64,000 nucleotides of DNA, from positions 18,470,950 through 18,534,949 of the forward strand of contig NC_134029.1 of the NCBI RefSeq assembly GCF_964204645.1, in the 5' to 3' direction. Within the stretch, counting starts at the first letter, position 1, and each line of letters opens with the position of its first letter. This document shows, in pieces, positions 11,809 through 24,480 of the stretch. Source of the DNA: Tubulanus polymorphus. Lineage: Eukaryota > Animalia > Nemertea. The notes beneath the pieces are model-generated. The model saw only the letters and a program-made list of their open reading frames with translations, had not been told where the DNA came from and searched no databases. Both the position numbers and the translations under genes were made by a program.

Positions 11809-12922
11809 ATATCACTTTCTTTTTAGATAAAAAAAGTACTTTCAGTTGAACTCGGAATCGTCGCCGTGAAGCGCAATAGATGACGAAATTACTTGATGCT
11901 ACGATCATTCTGACTACGTTTTGAATTTGGTTCAATGTCGTCGATGAAGGGCCCTTCCCGATTTTCCCGTTTATAGTGAATATAAGATTATTCATTGCCG
12001 CGCCGAGGCTAATCGATTTCTTCAGTAGATAGAAACATGAAATGAGAACTAACGTCCGAGTTAGACTACGGTCACTGCTGCTGTCGTTAGAAGTTCGATT
12101 ACTTGTAGACATGGCCTTTCTCGCCGCGCCGGCGTGTCTCAACGTAAAAACCAGTCGGGCAGTTATTAGAATCACGATCAAGGTCGGAATTATAGTAAAT
12201 ATAGGAGCACGGACAAACATGTTGTAGTACTTCAAATATATATTCTTACCAAATTGTGTCAACTTCTGAGTCCATCTCTCGTGTCCAGTGCACGGATTAA
12301 CAGAACGACGAGCATAATACATGAAATAGTTTCTAGACCCATCGCCTATTGTAATCGCAACCACAGAAGTAATGTAGATATGACTTTTCCTTCGACTAAT
12401 GATACTAACAGCTTTCAAGGGCCAACAAACAACGATATATCTGTCTATAGCTATTAACAATGTTATTAGATCACTGATGTCCGAGGACAAAAGTCGAATG
12501 TGTTGAGTGTATGTATAGATGCGCTTCATAACGTGGTTCATTTCAACGGTCATGTCCAGTAACAGCGTGTGACTGTAGAGCCGATACTGGAAGTCAAATA
12601 TGATATACGACAAGCTAATAAAAAAGTCTGCGATAGCCAAACATCTCAAATAGAAGATACTGGTGTTGTTTGAACGCTCTTTACTAAGGATGATAAAAGA
12701 CAGTGAATTTGTGCCGAAACCGAAGATGGCAATGGTGAAAATAATGTACGTCGTGATCTGTAGATACAAATTCACGTGAAATGGTTTGTAATCAGCGTGG
12801 TGGATGTATTTGCACCGAGGATGAGGTTTAAACCCCGCCTTCTCAGTGGTGGACGTCAGGTCTGATCCGTTGTGGCCTAGAAACTGAGCGTCAACAACCG
12901 ACACATTTTCTGAAGCCATCAT
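11759..12922 (-). CDS. Intronless class A GPCR, FMRFamide/sex-peptide receptor-like
   Basis: 387 aa from the ATG at 12922; seven hydrophobic segments; FGFGTNSLSFIIL, YLRCLAIADF, IAIDRYIVVCWPL, SSNFVIYCASRRRFR motifs. Confidence 0.9.
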   Translation of the reverse strand: MMASENVSVVDAQFLGHNGSDLTSTTEKAGFKPHPRCKYIHHADYKPFHVNLYLQITTYIIFTIAIFGFGTNSLSFIILSKERSNNTSIFYLRCLAIADFFISLSYIIFDFQYRLYSHTLLLDMTVEMNHVMKRIYTYTQHIRLLSSDISDLITLLIAIDRYIVVCWPLKAVSIISRRKSHIYITSVVAITIGDGSRNYFMYYARRSVNPCTGHERWTQKLTQFGKNIYLKYYNMFVRAPIFTIIPTLIVILITARLVFTLRHAGAARKAMSTSNRTSNDSSSDRSLTRTLVLISCFYLLKKSISLGAAMNNLIFTINGKIGKGPSSTTLNQIQNVVRMIVASSNFVIYCASRRRFRVQLKVLFLSKKKVISGSDLGSDSGKGGSPK

Positions 12923-13553
12923 TTTAGTCTCTGCCAACGGTCACGGGGTTGTTACCAGAAATACGATCGGTGTAAACTTTCAAATTCGTAGATTTTTCAA
13001 CCATCGACACCTCAGTTATAAGCGAATAATTTTCAACTACAAAGAATGGATATCAAGCCATCAAACTACACCAAGTCATTAATATGCGCACTGACGCTAA
13101 GAGACTAGAATTCGAAATACTGAACTGTTCCTCTGTTGTTGACATCAAACAAAATATCTCATTTCTCAGGCAGGCAGAGCTACTTACCAATTAAGTGAAG
13201 ATCAGAACATTAATTGGCGAAATAGATATGAATCGATATTTTTTTATAAATCTGTTCGCATCATCTGATGCAGAATGTATACGTAGCTACTGTGAGATAC
13301 ACATGCAGAACGTGTGTATGAAAATCATGTAGAGTAATCTTAGAAATATCAGTCGAAAAAAGCTTCTATTCGTGTCCTCGAAGTTTGCAGTTAGCATGTT
13401 GATTAAAAGATTGATTTGTAAGTCATAATCAGTAAACATATTAGTTACTAAATGATGTATTCACCTACGTCAATGGTCGGGTTAGGTTGTTAGGATATAT
13501 CGGAATTTCTAGTCGAATGCACGGCCCAAATTAGGAAAATGATATTTCGAAAC

Positions 13554-13777
13554 CAGGAATTCTGTAGAGAAGGATAAAAAAGGTTAAGATTTTTTGTTTA
13601 GTTTTCATTGATATCAGTTTCTTTTTAAATCAAATAAATGCTTTCAGTTGAAATCTGAATTGTTGCTGTGATGCTCAATAGATGACAAAATCATTCGATG
13701 CTACAGTCATTCTGACTATGTTTTGAATTTGGTTCAATGTTGTTGATTGAAGAGCCTTTGCCAATATATTCTTACCA
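13554..13777 (-). pseudogene. Decayed fragment of a GPCR paralog (TM7 and C-tail)
   Basis: Aligns to 11492-11551 plus 11813-11962, then jumps to about 12240. Shows a TGC>TGA change, a 1-bp insertion and a large internal deletion. Confidence 0.8.
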
Positions 13778-16700
13778 GCAACGCTATAGAACATAAGAAG
13801 GTATCAATATCAATGCGATATTTATAAAGCCTTTACAAACCTATTCAAATTACTAAAGTACCCCTGGAGGATAAATCAAGGGTCAATCAAAATGAAGACA
13901 TTTGAAATCTGTGGGTATTGGGGATAGGTAAAATCCTAAAAGATCTAATAAAACTCTGTTATGCATTGTAGGAGCCCTAGGCTTTTAGTGACTTTTGGGG
14001 ATTATCTACTTGCGAAGGGGGAAAATAATAATGATAATAAAAATAATGATATTGATAATCCTGAGGAAAAGCAAAAGGCTTTTCTTGGAAAAAGCAAAAG
14101 GCCCTAATAAATGCTCCACAATGGTATCAGTTACATAACTAATATACGAATATAAATTCTCATGCAAGGGAACTGTTGGTATGAAAACTGTGTATGAAAT
14201 TCTAAACTAGTTAAATGCCCGCTTGTTGATAGAACATTCCTGTATGCCTCTTCTGCAAATAGTAATAATAATATTACGGTTACCATTCTTCCACCGATTT
14301 GTACAATTAAACTCGGATTTGCGGGAATATCTGACATACCCAGCGCCAGGGATGAGCCCCAGCGAGGCTAGTCAAAGTAACCCCGCGCCGTCATGATACC
14401 CCATTGATATCCCGCGAAATATTTATTTGCGTTCGGGCTTGGATTTCGATTTCTTTGCTAGCGGTCTGCGGAATTTGTGAAAATATATTTATGTATGCTA
14501 TTTTGGCAACGAGTCAGCTTCGCTTTCGCTGAACAATTGTAAATAAGTATATGAGTTCGAAAAATGTTACGGACGAGATACTGCTGAAACTATTATTATT
14601 GATATTAGTACTGGTGCACAATATCAACTCAGTCCCTAGACCAAATTCCAGTTTTTTTTTTTAGTTGAACAGAAGTCTTTCTAAACATTTTCGATATTTG
14701 CTTGTGATGTGTGAGCTTAACTAAGACATAAGATGCTGCCACGTTCTTGAATAATGGATGATTAATTTGCCGATAGTGTGTACATACTTAAATGTAAAAT
14801 CTTCTTTCACAACTTTTCATAGTTTAAGTTAGTGGTATAATATGATCAACATCGAGATACTGTGCAGTCGAGCAGGTTGACTATTAAAGTAGTTGATTGC
14901 AGCAGGTGCCATGGTCGCTTCAGAAATCAATAGCGTTATAGAGAGGTTTGGTAAACAATCTGTCCTGAGGAGTGGATATCTTCCCATGTCAGGGGAAGGG
15001 CGAAATATCTGGCACAAAATGTGTATCAAGGTTGTACGGCGAAGGAATGGAAATAGTACTGTCGTATTTGCAAGATAAATGGCTCACGGAGCTTTCTTAT
15101 CTCGCGCAAAAATTCGGTAAACACATTTCTCATGCATCGTGAAATTTATTTCTCCCAGACTCCAAATTCTACTCTATGTAGAGACGCCAGAAGTAGAGCG
15201 AGAATTCGATGAGATTTATTCCTTGATTTTTTCCGCTGTTGAAAATTCTCTTGGCTGCTGCTGCGTTTTTGATGCAGACATCGTAATTGATATTGAAGGT
15301 CGGTCAGTGATGAGTTTGAAGAGGGTACCGATACTAATGCGCAAGATGATTTACATGCATGTGGGTTTCATATCGTTACCATTGATAAACCCGGGGAAAC
15401 TGGGCGCACGTTCCTCTCTCTCTCTCTCTTTAGAGCAGCAGATAAAATGTGGCACTGATACAAACAACAATTGCTACACGCGATATGTTTTTGATACCCA
15501 CTCCTTAAGAACATTGTTGAAATAGCTGAAGCCTACATAAACAATGTTGATGGACTTTTAACTGCCCAGGTATACACCACTCAGCAGGGTTAATTTAACC
15601 TTTAGAAGTGATAACGCTAACACCAGTAAGATGATTACCTGATATCTTGTACTTCTTCATCTCGTACCAGTTCACTACTGTTGGCCTAGTTAATCAATGG
15701 TTCAACCGAGGTCGATCATTTTGATCTGAAAAATGTGGTGTCCGATTTCGAGATTTATCACGGGAGATGTGGTAATGGGTCTTCACTCTCATTGCGATTT
15801 TATGATCTTAAAGGTTATTGCCCCGTGTTCCCTTACAGCTTCGAAAGCTCTTTTTCATATCTTCTTTCTATCGTTCGCTATCAGTGATTGCATTTTCTCA
15901 AAGTTTAACCTATATATTTATTGCGGGTAAGGTCGTTCATCCGTGTATTTTGGTGAAGAAATCCACAAACAATGTTTTTGTTGCATTTACATGTTATATC
16001 CCTAGCTTACCGTAGTTTATGCGGGAACTGATATACACAACAGTATGTATGCTACCAATAATATGGCTGTCATTTATGGCTGACTTTCAACATTCTTAGC
16101 AGACAATAAATATTTGTAACCTCTCCGTAATTCCTGTTAAGTGTTCAAATCATCTCAGGTTCTCCCCTACCCCACTCGGCGTTTTAAGGCCACCTGTCCG
16201 TCATTCTTAGCAATATTCCATCAGTCTCCCGCTCTCTTTAATCACCCATTGGCAAAGTTGGAAACGGAAAAAAGATATACACCTGCCAGTTTGCTTTAGG
16301 CTTGATTAGTTCTTGGAAAGAAAGTCCTTTTTCTTTCGGGAAGGGATGGTTTTCTGAAGAAGTTGTAACACTCAGTTTATGTTTTGACTTCCGACTTGTG
16401 ATAAACAGTAAACTCATTAATATCATACTTTGGTTGATCAACTAAATTCTATTCATATTCATTTCATGGAATCTATTTGTATTCAGTCAATCGAAGTAAT
16501 GATGATGATCATGATAGTGATAAAAGTTATGTTATTTAAGATGCTGATATAGTGCAAAATCCAACCAGCCTGCTCGGAGCGCTTTAGAAATTTGTTCTAT
16601 CAAAGTGGGACCAATGACTGACTAAGACGTAAAATGTGTCACTACTAATATTTATTAATTGTTATTAACTCTATTTGATTCTGCAAAGACTTCAATTGCA

Positions 16701-16789
16701 TGAAATTATCAAAGACAGGTTTTGAGTGTTCTGAATTTGAAAATGTCCCGGTTGTGAGCACTTTGAGCACAATATCTGAGCTGATCTAG

Positions 16790-16895
16790 TGACCAGGAGT
16801 CATTTGTTACCATTAGGGTGGAGAGAGGCAATACGGATAACTACCGTGCCCAGGGATACTACCGTGAAGGTATAGTACGGGTTGGAAACCCTTCG
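16790..16895 (-). mobile_element. Degraded SINE remnant (CORE/Meta-type)
   Basis: GGGTGGAGAGAGGCAATACGGATAACTACCGTGCCCAGGGA resembles the antisense of a widespread invertebrate SINE central domain; recognised from memory only. Confidence 0.4.
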
Positions 16896-19800
16896 GATTC
16901 CTTTTGTACATGATTTCCAAGCCATTCTTTTGTTTCTGCAAGTTTTAGATCGTTGATTTTCTACTATTAATAAATCGTATGCGATTTGGTTTTACTCGAT
17001 GATGTTCGAACATGTTTTGAGGTTCCCCTACATCGTTTGTCAGATGCCCGACAAACAATCTGAAAGATAACATTAGTACCTCTTTCAACTTTCACTATAT
17101 TTGCTGCCAATCAAAATCAAATTGTCAGAAGCAGCCTCTTGTACACATTGTTATCCTTTTCCATTGAGTGATGTAGGCAGTTGTAGCCTGTAGATCGGAA
17201 CTCTCACTTCAAAAGTTTTGCCAAAGTTATTTGTAGGATATTCGAATTATTGGAGTCACGCTGTGAGGTAGTTTTTGCTTCTACTAAATCTTGTGCTTGG
17301 TTCATTCACGAATAGTCTTTTCTGCATTTCTACCCATTCACGAATTTTCTGTTCCTTTACATCATGTTTCTGCATTGATTCAAGAATGTCACTGTGGTTT
17401 TTTTGCGTCGTCTTTTTCTAGTCCAGATTTTCATTTTCTTTTCTATCGGGACATGTGTTATTCGGTACGCAACGATATTCGTTGTATCCAGTACCATTCA
17501 TCTTTCTGCGCCTTATCTATATCTGCACTAATACTGCCGCAACCCCCCTACCCTCCAAGACACGGTTCCACTTCAAAAAGAATGCACTACATTAAAGTCT
17601 TCTCTCCTGGGGAAAGTTTTTAAACAATGTTGTTCTGTTGTTTTTTGTCGACGTGATTTTTCAAAGCAGACAGGAAGCGAATTCATCGTTGTTTTTTTTT
17701 TGCGGGGCGGGTAATCTTAAGATGCGTTTGACATTATCTCGATGCGCACTGGATACGTGATTTACACGAAAATGATGCTCGCCGCGAATTAGCCCCCATC
17801 GGCATTCTTACATATCAACGAGTGCAAAACTTTATAAAGTGTGAAGGTTTTGCGAGATTGGATAGAACACGGAAGATCGGCGGAGAACATGCAACTTTGA
17901 CAGTAAACAGATAATGTTCCTTCGAGCTTATCGTTAGTTTGTTTGAGTTTATCGGTTAGTACCTGACAACCTTTTGACCCAGTATCATCGATGTTCTTGT
18001 CAGGTTACTTTTGCTTTCTATCAGTTTCAAATATCGTTTAAATGGTTCGACACCTGATTTACTACTTCTTTTATGTTGTCTTGCTTTCGTTTCACTTTGT
18101 TCTGTCTGCCTGGTTTCATTCTTTCTATGCGGATAAGTTGGAAATCAGGATTGCAGGAACGTCCAGCATACAGGGCTGGACTACATCACACTCTTGCTGG
18201 TTTTGCTCTTGTGGAGATAAAAGCAGCTCTGCTTAGCGGATGGAGTTCGTGTTGGCAGTCTGGAACTTTTACGAAACCCCCTTTTTAGCCTTATTGCGTT
18301 CACTTCTTGTTCATCCATTTATTTGTCTGTAGACAGAATCCATTTTTTTTAGAAGTTTTGAAGATGCTTCAATGTAATGTAGTGTAATTTATTGATGGAT
18401 TGTCTTGATATTAAGGTTATATATGTATCTACTCTAGACGTATATTCAGCCCTAAAACTGGCCGATCAGAATCCTGATGGCCAAATTAGTTCACCAAAAT
18501 CAGCACCTTTTACACATTATTGAGGTTTTCAGGGGAAACGCTTCAATCAATTATCTGAAGCTTTCGCATGTCATTTTTGCCCTGAATTGCAAGACCTCTT
18601 CCAAATGGTTAGGCATTTCTCATTGAAATACATGATGGGTATACTTTGGGAAGGGATTTAAACATATCTGACAGATTTTTCGTTCAGTCACTTGTCACTT
18701 ATTCGGCAGCCATCCCATCCGTCATTCCTAGATAGAAAAAAGTTTTTTGAGAAAAATATCGACAGGTTTTAACACATAGTCTTCATATTCAATCATTGTT
18801 ACGACGACTGTCATATGATTCATCTCCTCTTGTGGAATTGGGGTTACTGAGTTTTTTTGTTCTCGTCACCAGGGGGAGTTGAATATTTAATAAGATACAA
18901 TTTGTCTATTTATTTTGGAACCTAAGGATATTTTGTAACCCCAATCAATTGCAAAGTTGCTCATGACATGTTCTATGATTATGGGGAGTTCCAAGGTCAT
19001 TGGCTTTTTGGACACTAGGGAGTATAAAGAAGTTTCCAGTTTCTAGGCGCCATTTTGTGGCGGTCCCTCGAGGTCCCCATTGTTGCGATAATTTGCGCTC
19101 ATTTTTAAAACATAAGTTTAGATTGAATATCATATAGTTCTGCAGCCCCTTGCTCGACGAAATCAATTTATACACCATTTTAAAGGAAATGAAATGCAGA
19201 TATTTGCTGGCGATTCTTGGAATTTTTGAACGCAACAATGATGAACAGTGACAATGTAAAACCAAGGACCGCATATCTTAACCGCGCGTAAAAGAAATCG
19301 CAATATTTATTAATTTTAAAATATCTAAGTATCTCTTAAAGCTGTATTTCCAATTTTCACAGAGGTTAAAGAGGGTTATTTGCAGTTTAAGCCTGCGTTT
19401 AATTTTTTTGAATATCTTTACTGACGACTGATCTGTACCCGCTTGAGTTTGAGATTACCACAGTCAATTGCAAAATTGTAGCATGTAACATGTTTTATGA
19501 TTGTCAGTTTCAAAGTCATTGGTTTTTTATATGTTCACCAGGGGGCGTTGAATATTGAATATGTGAATTTCAAATCACTTCCCAAGTGGGCATGGTGGGC
19601 AAATAAAGTTGTTAGTTGCGGTTACAATTGGCTGAAAGGGCCACAGTAAATTTTCTTTTCTCCCTTCAATTCCCACCCTCATTCATATCGTTCATGTTGT
19701 TTAGATTCATTCCGCGCGCGATGGAGTGCCGCCATTGTTGGTTTTTTTTTTCATTCCAATATTCATACCTCTGTGTCTCGTATATATAAAGTCTACGTGT

Positions 19801-20239
19801 ATATAAATGATGTATAACTATATATTCGCTCAGGTGATGTTTATATATGTTGCGGGGTATAGAGCATATCGTACAACAAACACTCACTCGCATTCTGACA
19901 AAGATATCTCTCGCATATAAATTCCTTCATCATGTACAATCGTGTGCAATAAAAGCTACATGGACACGCACGTATATTTGATACCACACCTCTGCTAGAT
20001 CCGAAAATGTGAAACAGAAATGTTTCTCATAAATGCACATGTGGGATGGAAACGCTTGGAAACAATGTTTGTGTTTCCTGCTTCTGTGTTTCCCTATGTT
20101 GTGAGTTGTGTAGGCCTTCGCTGTATGCAAAAAGCCAACATTTTGGTGTCGGCATACCCAAACAACAAAGTTTACGTCGCCTTGAAAAATAACACATCAT
20201 ATATTGCTTAATATTGTCAACGATAAATAATATGATATA

Positions 20240-20570
20240 GATTACATAATATTGAGGATCTTTTAAGTTATTTTGGATTTGAGTATATCGATAATTGAAT
20301 TGAATGGACTGGCAACCAGTCTAACCTCGATGTATTGATGACGTAGTGCACATCCTCTCACAACCAGTCTAACCTCGATGTATTGATGACGTAGTGCGCA
20401 TCCTCTCAAAAATAATTATTAGAACTTATCAAACTAAGATAAGAGATTTGAAATTTGATTATTTTGAAACGTCAAGATTGATGACGTAGTGCACATCGAC
20501 TCTCACAGAACCCCTTAATAACACATTCTAGATATACATGTATATAAATGTTAATGTAACGGATTTTACA
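20240..20570. repeat. Dispersed repeat with an internal ~48-bp tandem duplication (about 20314-20408)
   Basis: AACCAGTCTAACCTCGATGTATTGATGACGTAGTGC occurs twice; colinear copy at about 27600-27910. Confidence 0.75.
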
Positions 20571-22649
20571 GCAATTCAACACAATTGAATTTTGGGTTTA
20601 TGTCTTACTCTGTGCGCTGGACTTTATAACACTTTGCTGAGCATTATCGAGATCTTGCAGCCACACTAAATTTGAAAACCCTCCTCTGTCCCTTTGACGT
20701 GCAAAAGGTAAAAGGCGGTACTGTTGTTTCGATGGTGCGTAATGTATTATTTTATGTTTTGTTAGTCGGATGGCTCCTAAAAAAGAATGTACAATACCAG
20801 GTGCCAGTAATGTCTTTAGAATTGTATGAAATCGGGTCGTAGAAGTGCTGGCATCAATTCGGGCGACTGGCCAGGGCATGCGGTGTGTCTAATCTTCGAC
20901 TCAATTACGGGTAATGGAGTTCATGGAATGCAAACCAATCGAAACCATTAATAAGCAGTACTCTACTCAACTGTCTGCCGATCATCGAACCACCTATAAT
21001 AATGATGTAAATCTATCTTTGAATGTTATTTACTAAACTGAATGTTGTGTAGAATATTCAGGAATTTGGTCAGTTTCTTCGATCACCTCCTACGAGGCAC
21101 ATTTGAATGGTTTATTCCTAAACGGATTCCTGATGTAAACAGGTTCATCCAGTATCATTTTCACTGCTGCTTCCGGTAAGTACTATGTTCCTACTGGGTA
21201 AACATCTACATAAATGAATATCTTTTTAATGGAATTTGTTTCGCTTGAGATGTTTAATTCCTAGGGCTTGTTTATAAAATGGGGTTAAATGCGAGTCACA
21301 TGCTTCGAACTCGTGGATTTCAAATGTTCTTCAGACCACACCCTGGGTTTGTGGTTGGATCCTGTCCCTTTTGTACGGATGAGGCTAACAGGTTCCTTAC
21401 GACTCCTCGATACCTTCAAAACTTCTTCTAAATGGAAAATGCTTTTAAAGGTGCTTGAAACTTCTTTGATTTGAGAAAAATGCCCAAAACTCCTTTAAAA
21501 CTCCTTCAATTTTGAGAAATAGGCCGTTAGAAATTGTTGATTAGAGTACACTTAAATTGGTAGCGTTGGGACCAGGATATCCTTTTATCCAATAAGGCGG
21601 TTACCGACTTTGTAACTGTGTTGAGGTAGTGTAAAGGAATTTGCTTACAAAACCACTGAATGAATGGTTTATCAAGATAAACGGTTCCGATTTAGGAGCA
21701 GTCTACAGTAATTGGGAAATATGAAAGTGAACAAGATACATCCTCCATATTTGAAATTGTCTCCTTTTAAACCCCTTGAAAAATCTTGATATCTAGGAAT
21801 GACCGATCCGTACGGACCCTGCTTAACCTTAAGACCAGTTTTGGACTTCAGTCACTTTACTGACACGCATAAACATGAACATACAGCATTTGAACGGAAA
21901 AATCTCCGAATTGTTCCTGTAGAATGTTACAATACGTAATGACCTTGTAATGATATTGCCAGTTATTTTATTATCATTGTTGGCAAAGTTGGTTGCCGAA
22001 TGTTTTCATTCTTGGCGTTGAAAAGCTCTGTATAGCTGTTCCGACGGTACCATTCTGACAGTGATGGCAACCTGCTAGGCGAGCGGAGATGTAAAAAACG
22101 CCGGGGATTCCGTTCTGGAGTCGCCGCAGGTTGTCCTATAATGTTGGAAGACTATCGCATATCTGTTCATTGGTTTTCGACCTTTAACACCGAGTCGAAC
22201 CACCTGTTATTCATAACTTCACGAAAATACTTTTCTTCGAGATGGAACAACCTTCTTTGTAATATGACGCATTATATTTGGCTTAGTTGTACATCCGTAT
22301 GTGTTATGTATGTGTAAGAAAAACATGCCTATACCTACCTAAAAAAATACACGATAAACGGCAATTTTCGCGGAAAATGGCTATATTGTCGGTTTGCTAT
22401 ATTGTCATCACGATTTTAATCACCTATAGTTACTTGGATTTCAATTATCCGTAAATAGACCAGTGATGATGTAACGAATGGGGGGGATTTTTTCTTTCGA
22501 AATATGCTGATGATGCACTTCTAGTTACTGTACTAAAGCACAGACCTGCCAACTGACTTAGGGTATGTGTTGAAAATAAAAAGACCGTAGGCTATTGTGT
22601 GGGGTAAATACGACGATGAAGAACATCGATGTGGGATGATAAATATATC

Positions 22650-22890
22650 TTGATGATGCATCTAAATCGTATTTGATGAGTCCCTAATGCAATTTGCTAA
22701 GTTTTTCTGAAAAAAAAAATGTTTCAAGGTAAAACTGCTGCAAAGTGGGGTAAACATCATGACAGCAAAGTAGAGCTTGAATGATTAATTCATTGCGTTG
22801 ATATATCTAACTCATGTTTGATGAGTCCCTAAACGCAATTTTTCTGAAAAAAAAACAAAAATTTCAAGGTCAAACTACTGCCAAAGGAGT
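22650..22890. repeat. Diverged ~145-bp tandem duplication
   Basis: TTTGATGAGTCCCTAA...TTTTTCTGAAAAAAAAA...TTTCAAGGT.AAACT.CTG occurs twice. Confidence 0.7.
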
Positions 22891-23657
22891 AGAAGTCGGT
22901 ATCTATAAGATTTGTGACTCAAAATGATCTATGAATAACTGGGCATGAGGTCAATTAGAATGTGATAGTTTTCCATTTATCTGTAGACTAATGTATAAAA
23001 CGATTTCTTAAAGCCCCTAGGCAATTATCGTCAATCAACTTTCGTCAAAATCACTGACAATTGTTGCTTAGTCACCCATTACCGCTGCTTGAGATTTTTG
23101 TAGCCGAATTGCAGGCTGCAACGTGGCGCCACTAGTTGTTGGCACTGATTTAGGGGCGGCCATTTTGTGACTGGCTCATATTTCTAATCTCGGCGCTGAT
23201 TGGCTGTTATGGGATTTTTCATTAGTAGCCACGCACCAGGTGACTGACACTGATTCACTGCCAATCTTTGGTGATGATGTCGCTGATTATCTAGCATGCT
23301 AGATACTGAGCAATCTCGTCACCAGTGACTATGTGTGTTACCAGTGGCCGCGCACTAAAACGATATAGTAGAAAGTTTGTCGTTTGTGACAAAAATAACT
23401 GGGAAAACGTCAAGAAATAGCATGCGCTGGGCTTCATCAAGAGCGGATCTAGCTTTTGGGAGAAGTAGGAGTGCACATTGAATATGGGGTCGCTACTGAC
23501 ATTTGTGGCCGGTAATGACAACGCTGTCCTCTAAAAGAAAATTAGTAGTTGAAATATAGAATGAATAATGCTCAGAATTTCACCATTTCCTAAACAAAAA
23601 TCTTAGGGAACAAATTCCTCCGTCACTTAGTTGCCACTGTTCATTTGTTACCTGCTG

Positions 23658-23709
<52 letters not shown>

Positions 23710-23777
23710 TGTATGTATGTATGTATGTACGTACGTACGTACGTACGTACGTACGTACGTATGTATATATATATATA
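23658..23777. repeat. Compound microsatellite (TA)n(TATG)n(TACG)n(TA)n
   Basis: Directly visible. Confidence 0.97.
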
Positions 23778-24362
23778 ATGTGTTCAATTTCCCTGATGAA
23801 CTTCGGAGAGGGTTTGAAGGTATCTGCTATGATATGTCCCAAATGAAAAATTTCACATGAATCGTCAATTATCAATCAACACAATTCTTATATGGAATTC
23901 TCATAATATGTTAGCGATTCATCTATGCGGTTCTCACCGTAGGCCTACTGGAAATTTGGGGATTTAGAAATCATATTTCACAGTTTGGAAATCTCTTGGT
24001 AGATTTATGATAGATTGTTCAAGATGACAGTGACGTTTCGAATCCTGCATGCACTGATTTTGAATACTGATTTTCTACGTTGTATCATGATTGCTCGTAG
24101 GTTGTATACTGTTGTGGTTTTGATGGGTTTTATTGCGATATTTGCTAATTACATGAATGGAAGTTGAAATTTAGATCAGATTTCCTGGGTAGGAACACTG
24201 AACAAGACGATTTACAAGGTGTTTACTTTATTCAACATTACTTATTCAGATTTTTTTGGATAATGTAGCCATCATGGTAGAATAGCCACATCAAACGTGG
24301 AGAGAGAACGATATAATAAAAAAAAACCACTCTTCGCAGAGTAAAAGTATCACAACGACCTG

Positions 24363-24480
24363 GGACTGGTTTTATAGACTGGTATTATCTTAAACCCGGG
24401 AGTTAACTCTGTCTTGGGTTAACTTTTTCTGTTGAGTTAACCCCTGGGTTAGAGATAATACCAGTCTATAAAACCCGCCC
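24363..24480. mobile_element. Palindromic MITE with CTG TSD
   Basis: GGTTTTATAGACTGGTATTATCT ... AGATAATACCAGTCTATAAAACC; related pieces at about 3560 and 58801-58901. Confidence 0.8.

Noticed and set aside
15139-15525. 128-aa ORF and similar 60-130 aa ORFs in non-coding regions
   Set aside because: Mostly non-ATG starts, no recognisable motifs or splice support; expected by chance.
20314-20500. CRISPR-like repeated ATTGATGACGTAGTGC
   Set aside because: A tandem duplication inside a dispersed eukaryotic repeat; no unique spacers and no cas genes.
22675-22835. TTGATGAGTCCC as a hammerhead core
   Set aside because: Lacks the initial C, and no helix II plus GAAA follows.
23631-23875. ORFs with YVCM/YVRT repeats
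   Set aside because: Translations of a microsatellite.
24028-24072. Minus-strand CGAAACGTCACTG hammerhead-like end
   Set aside because: The CTGANGA box is absent; at best a dead relic.
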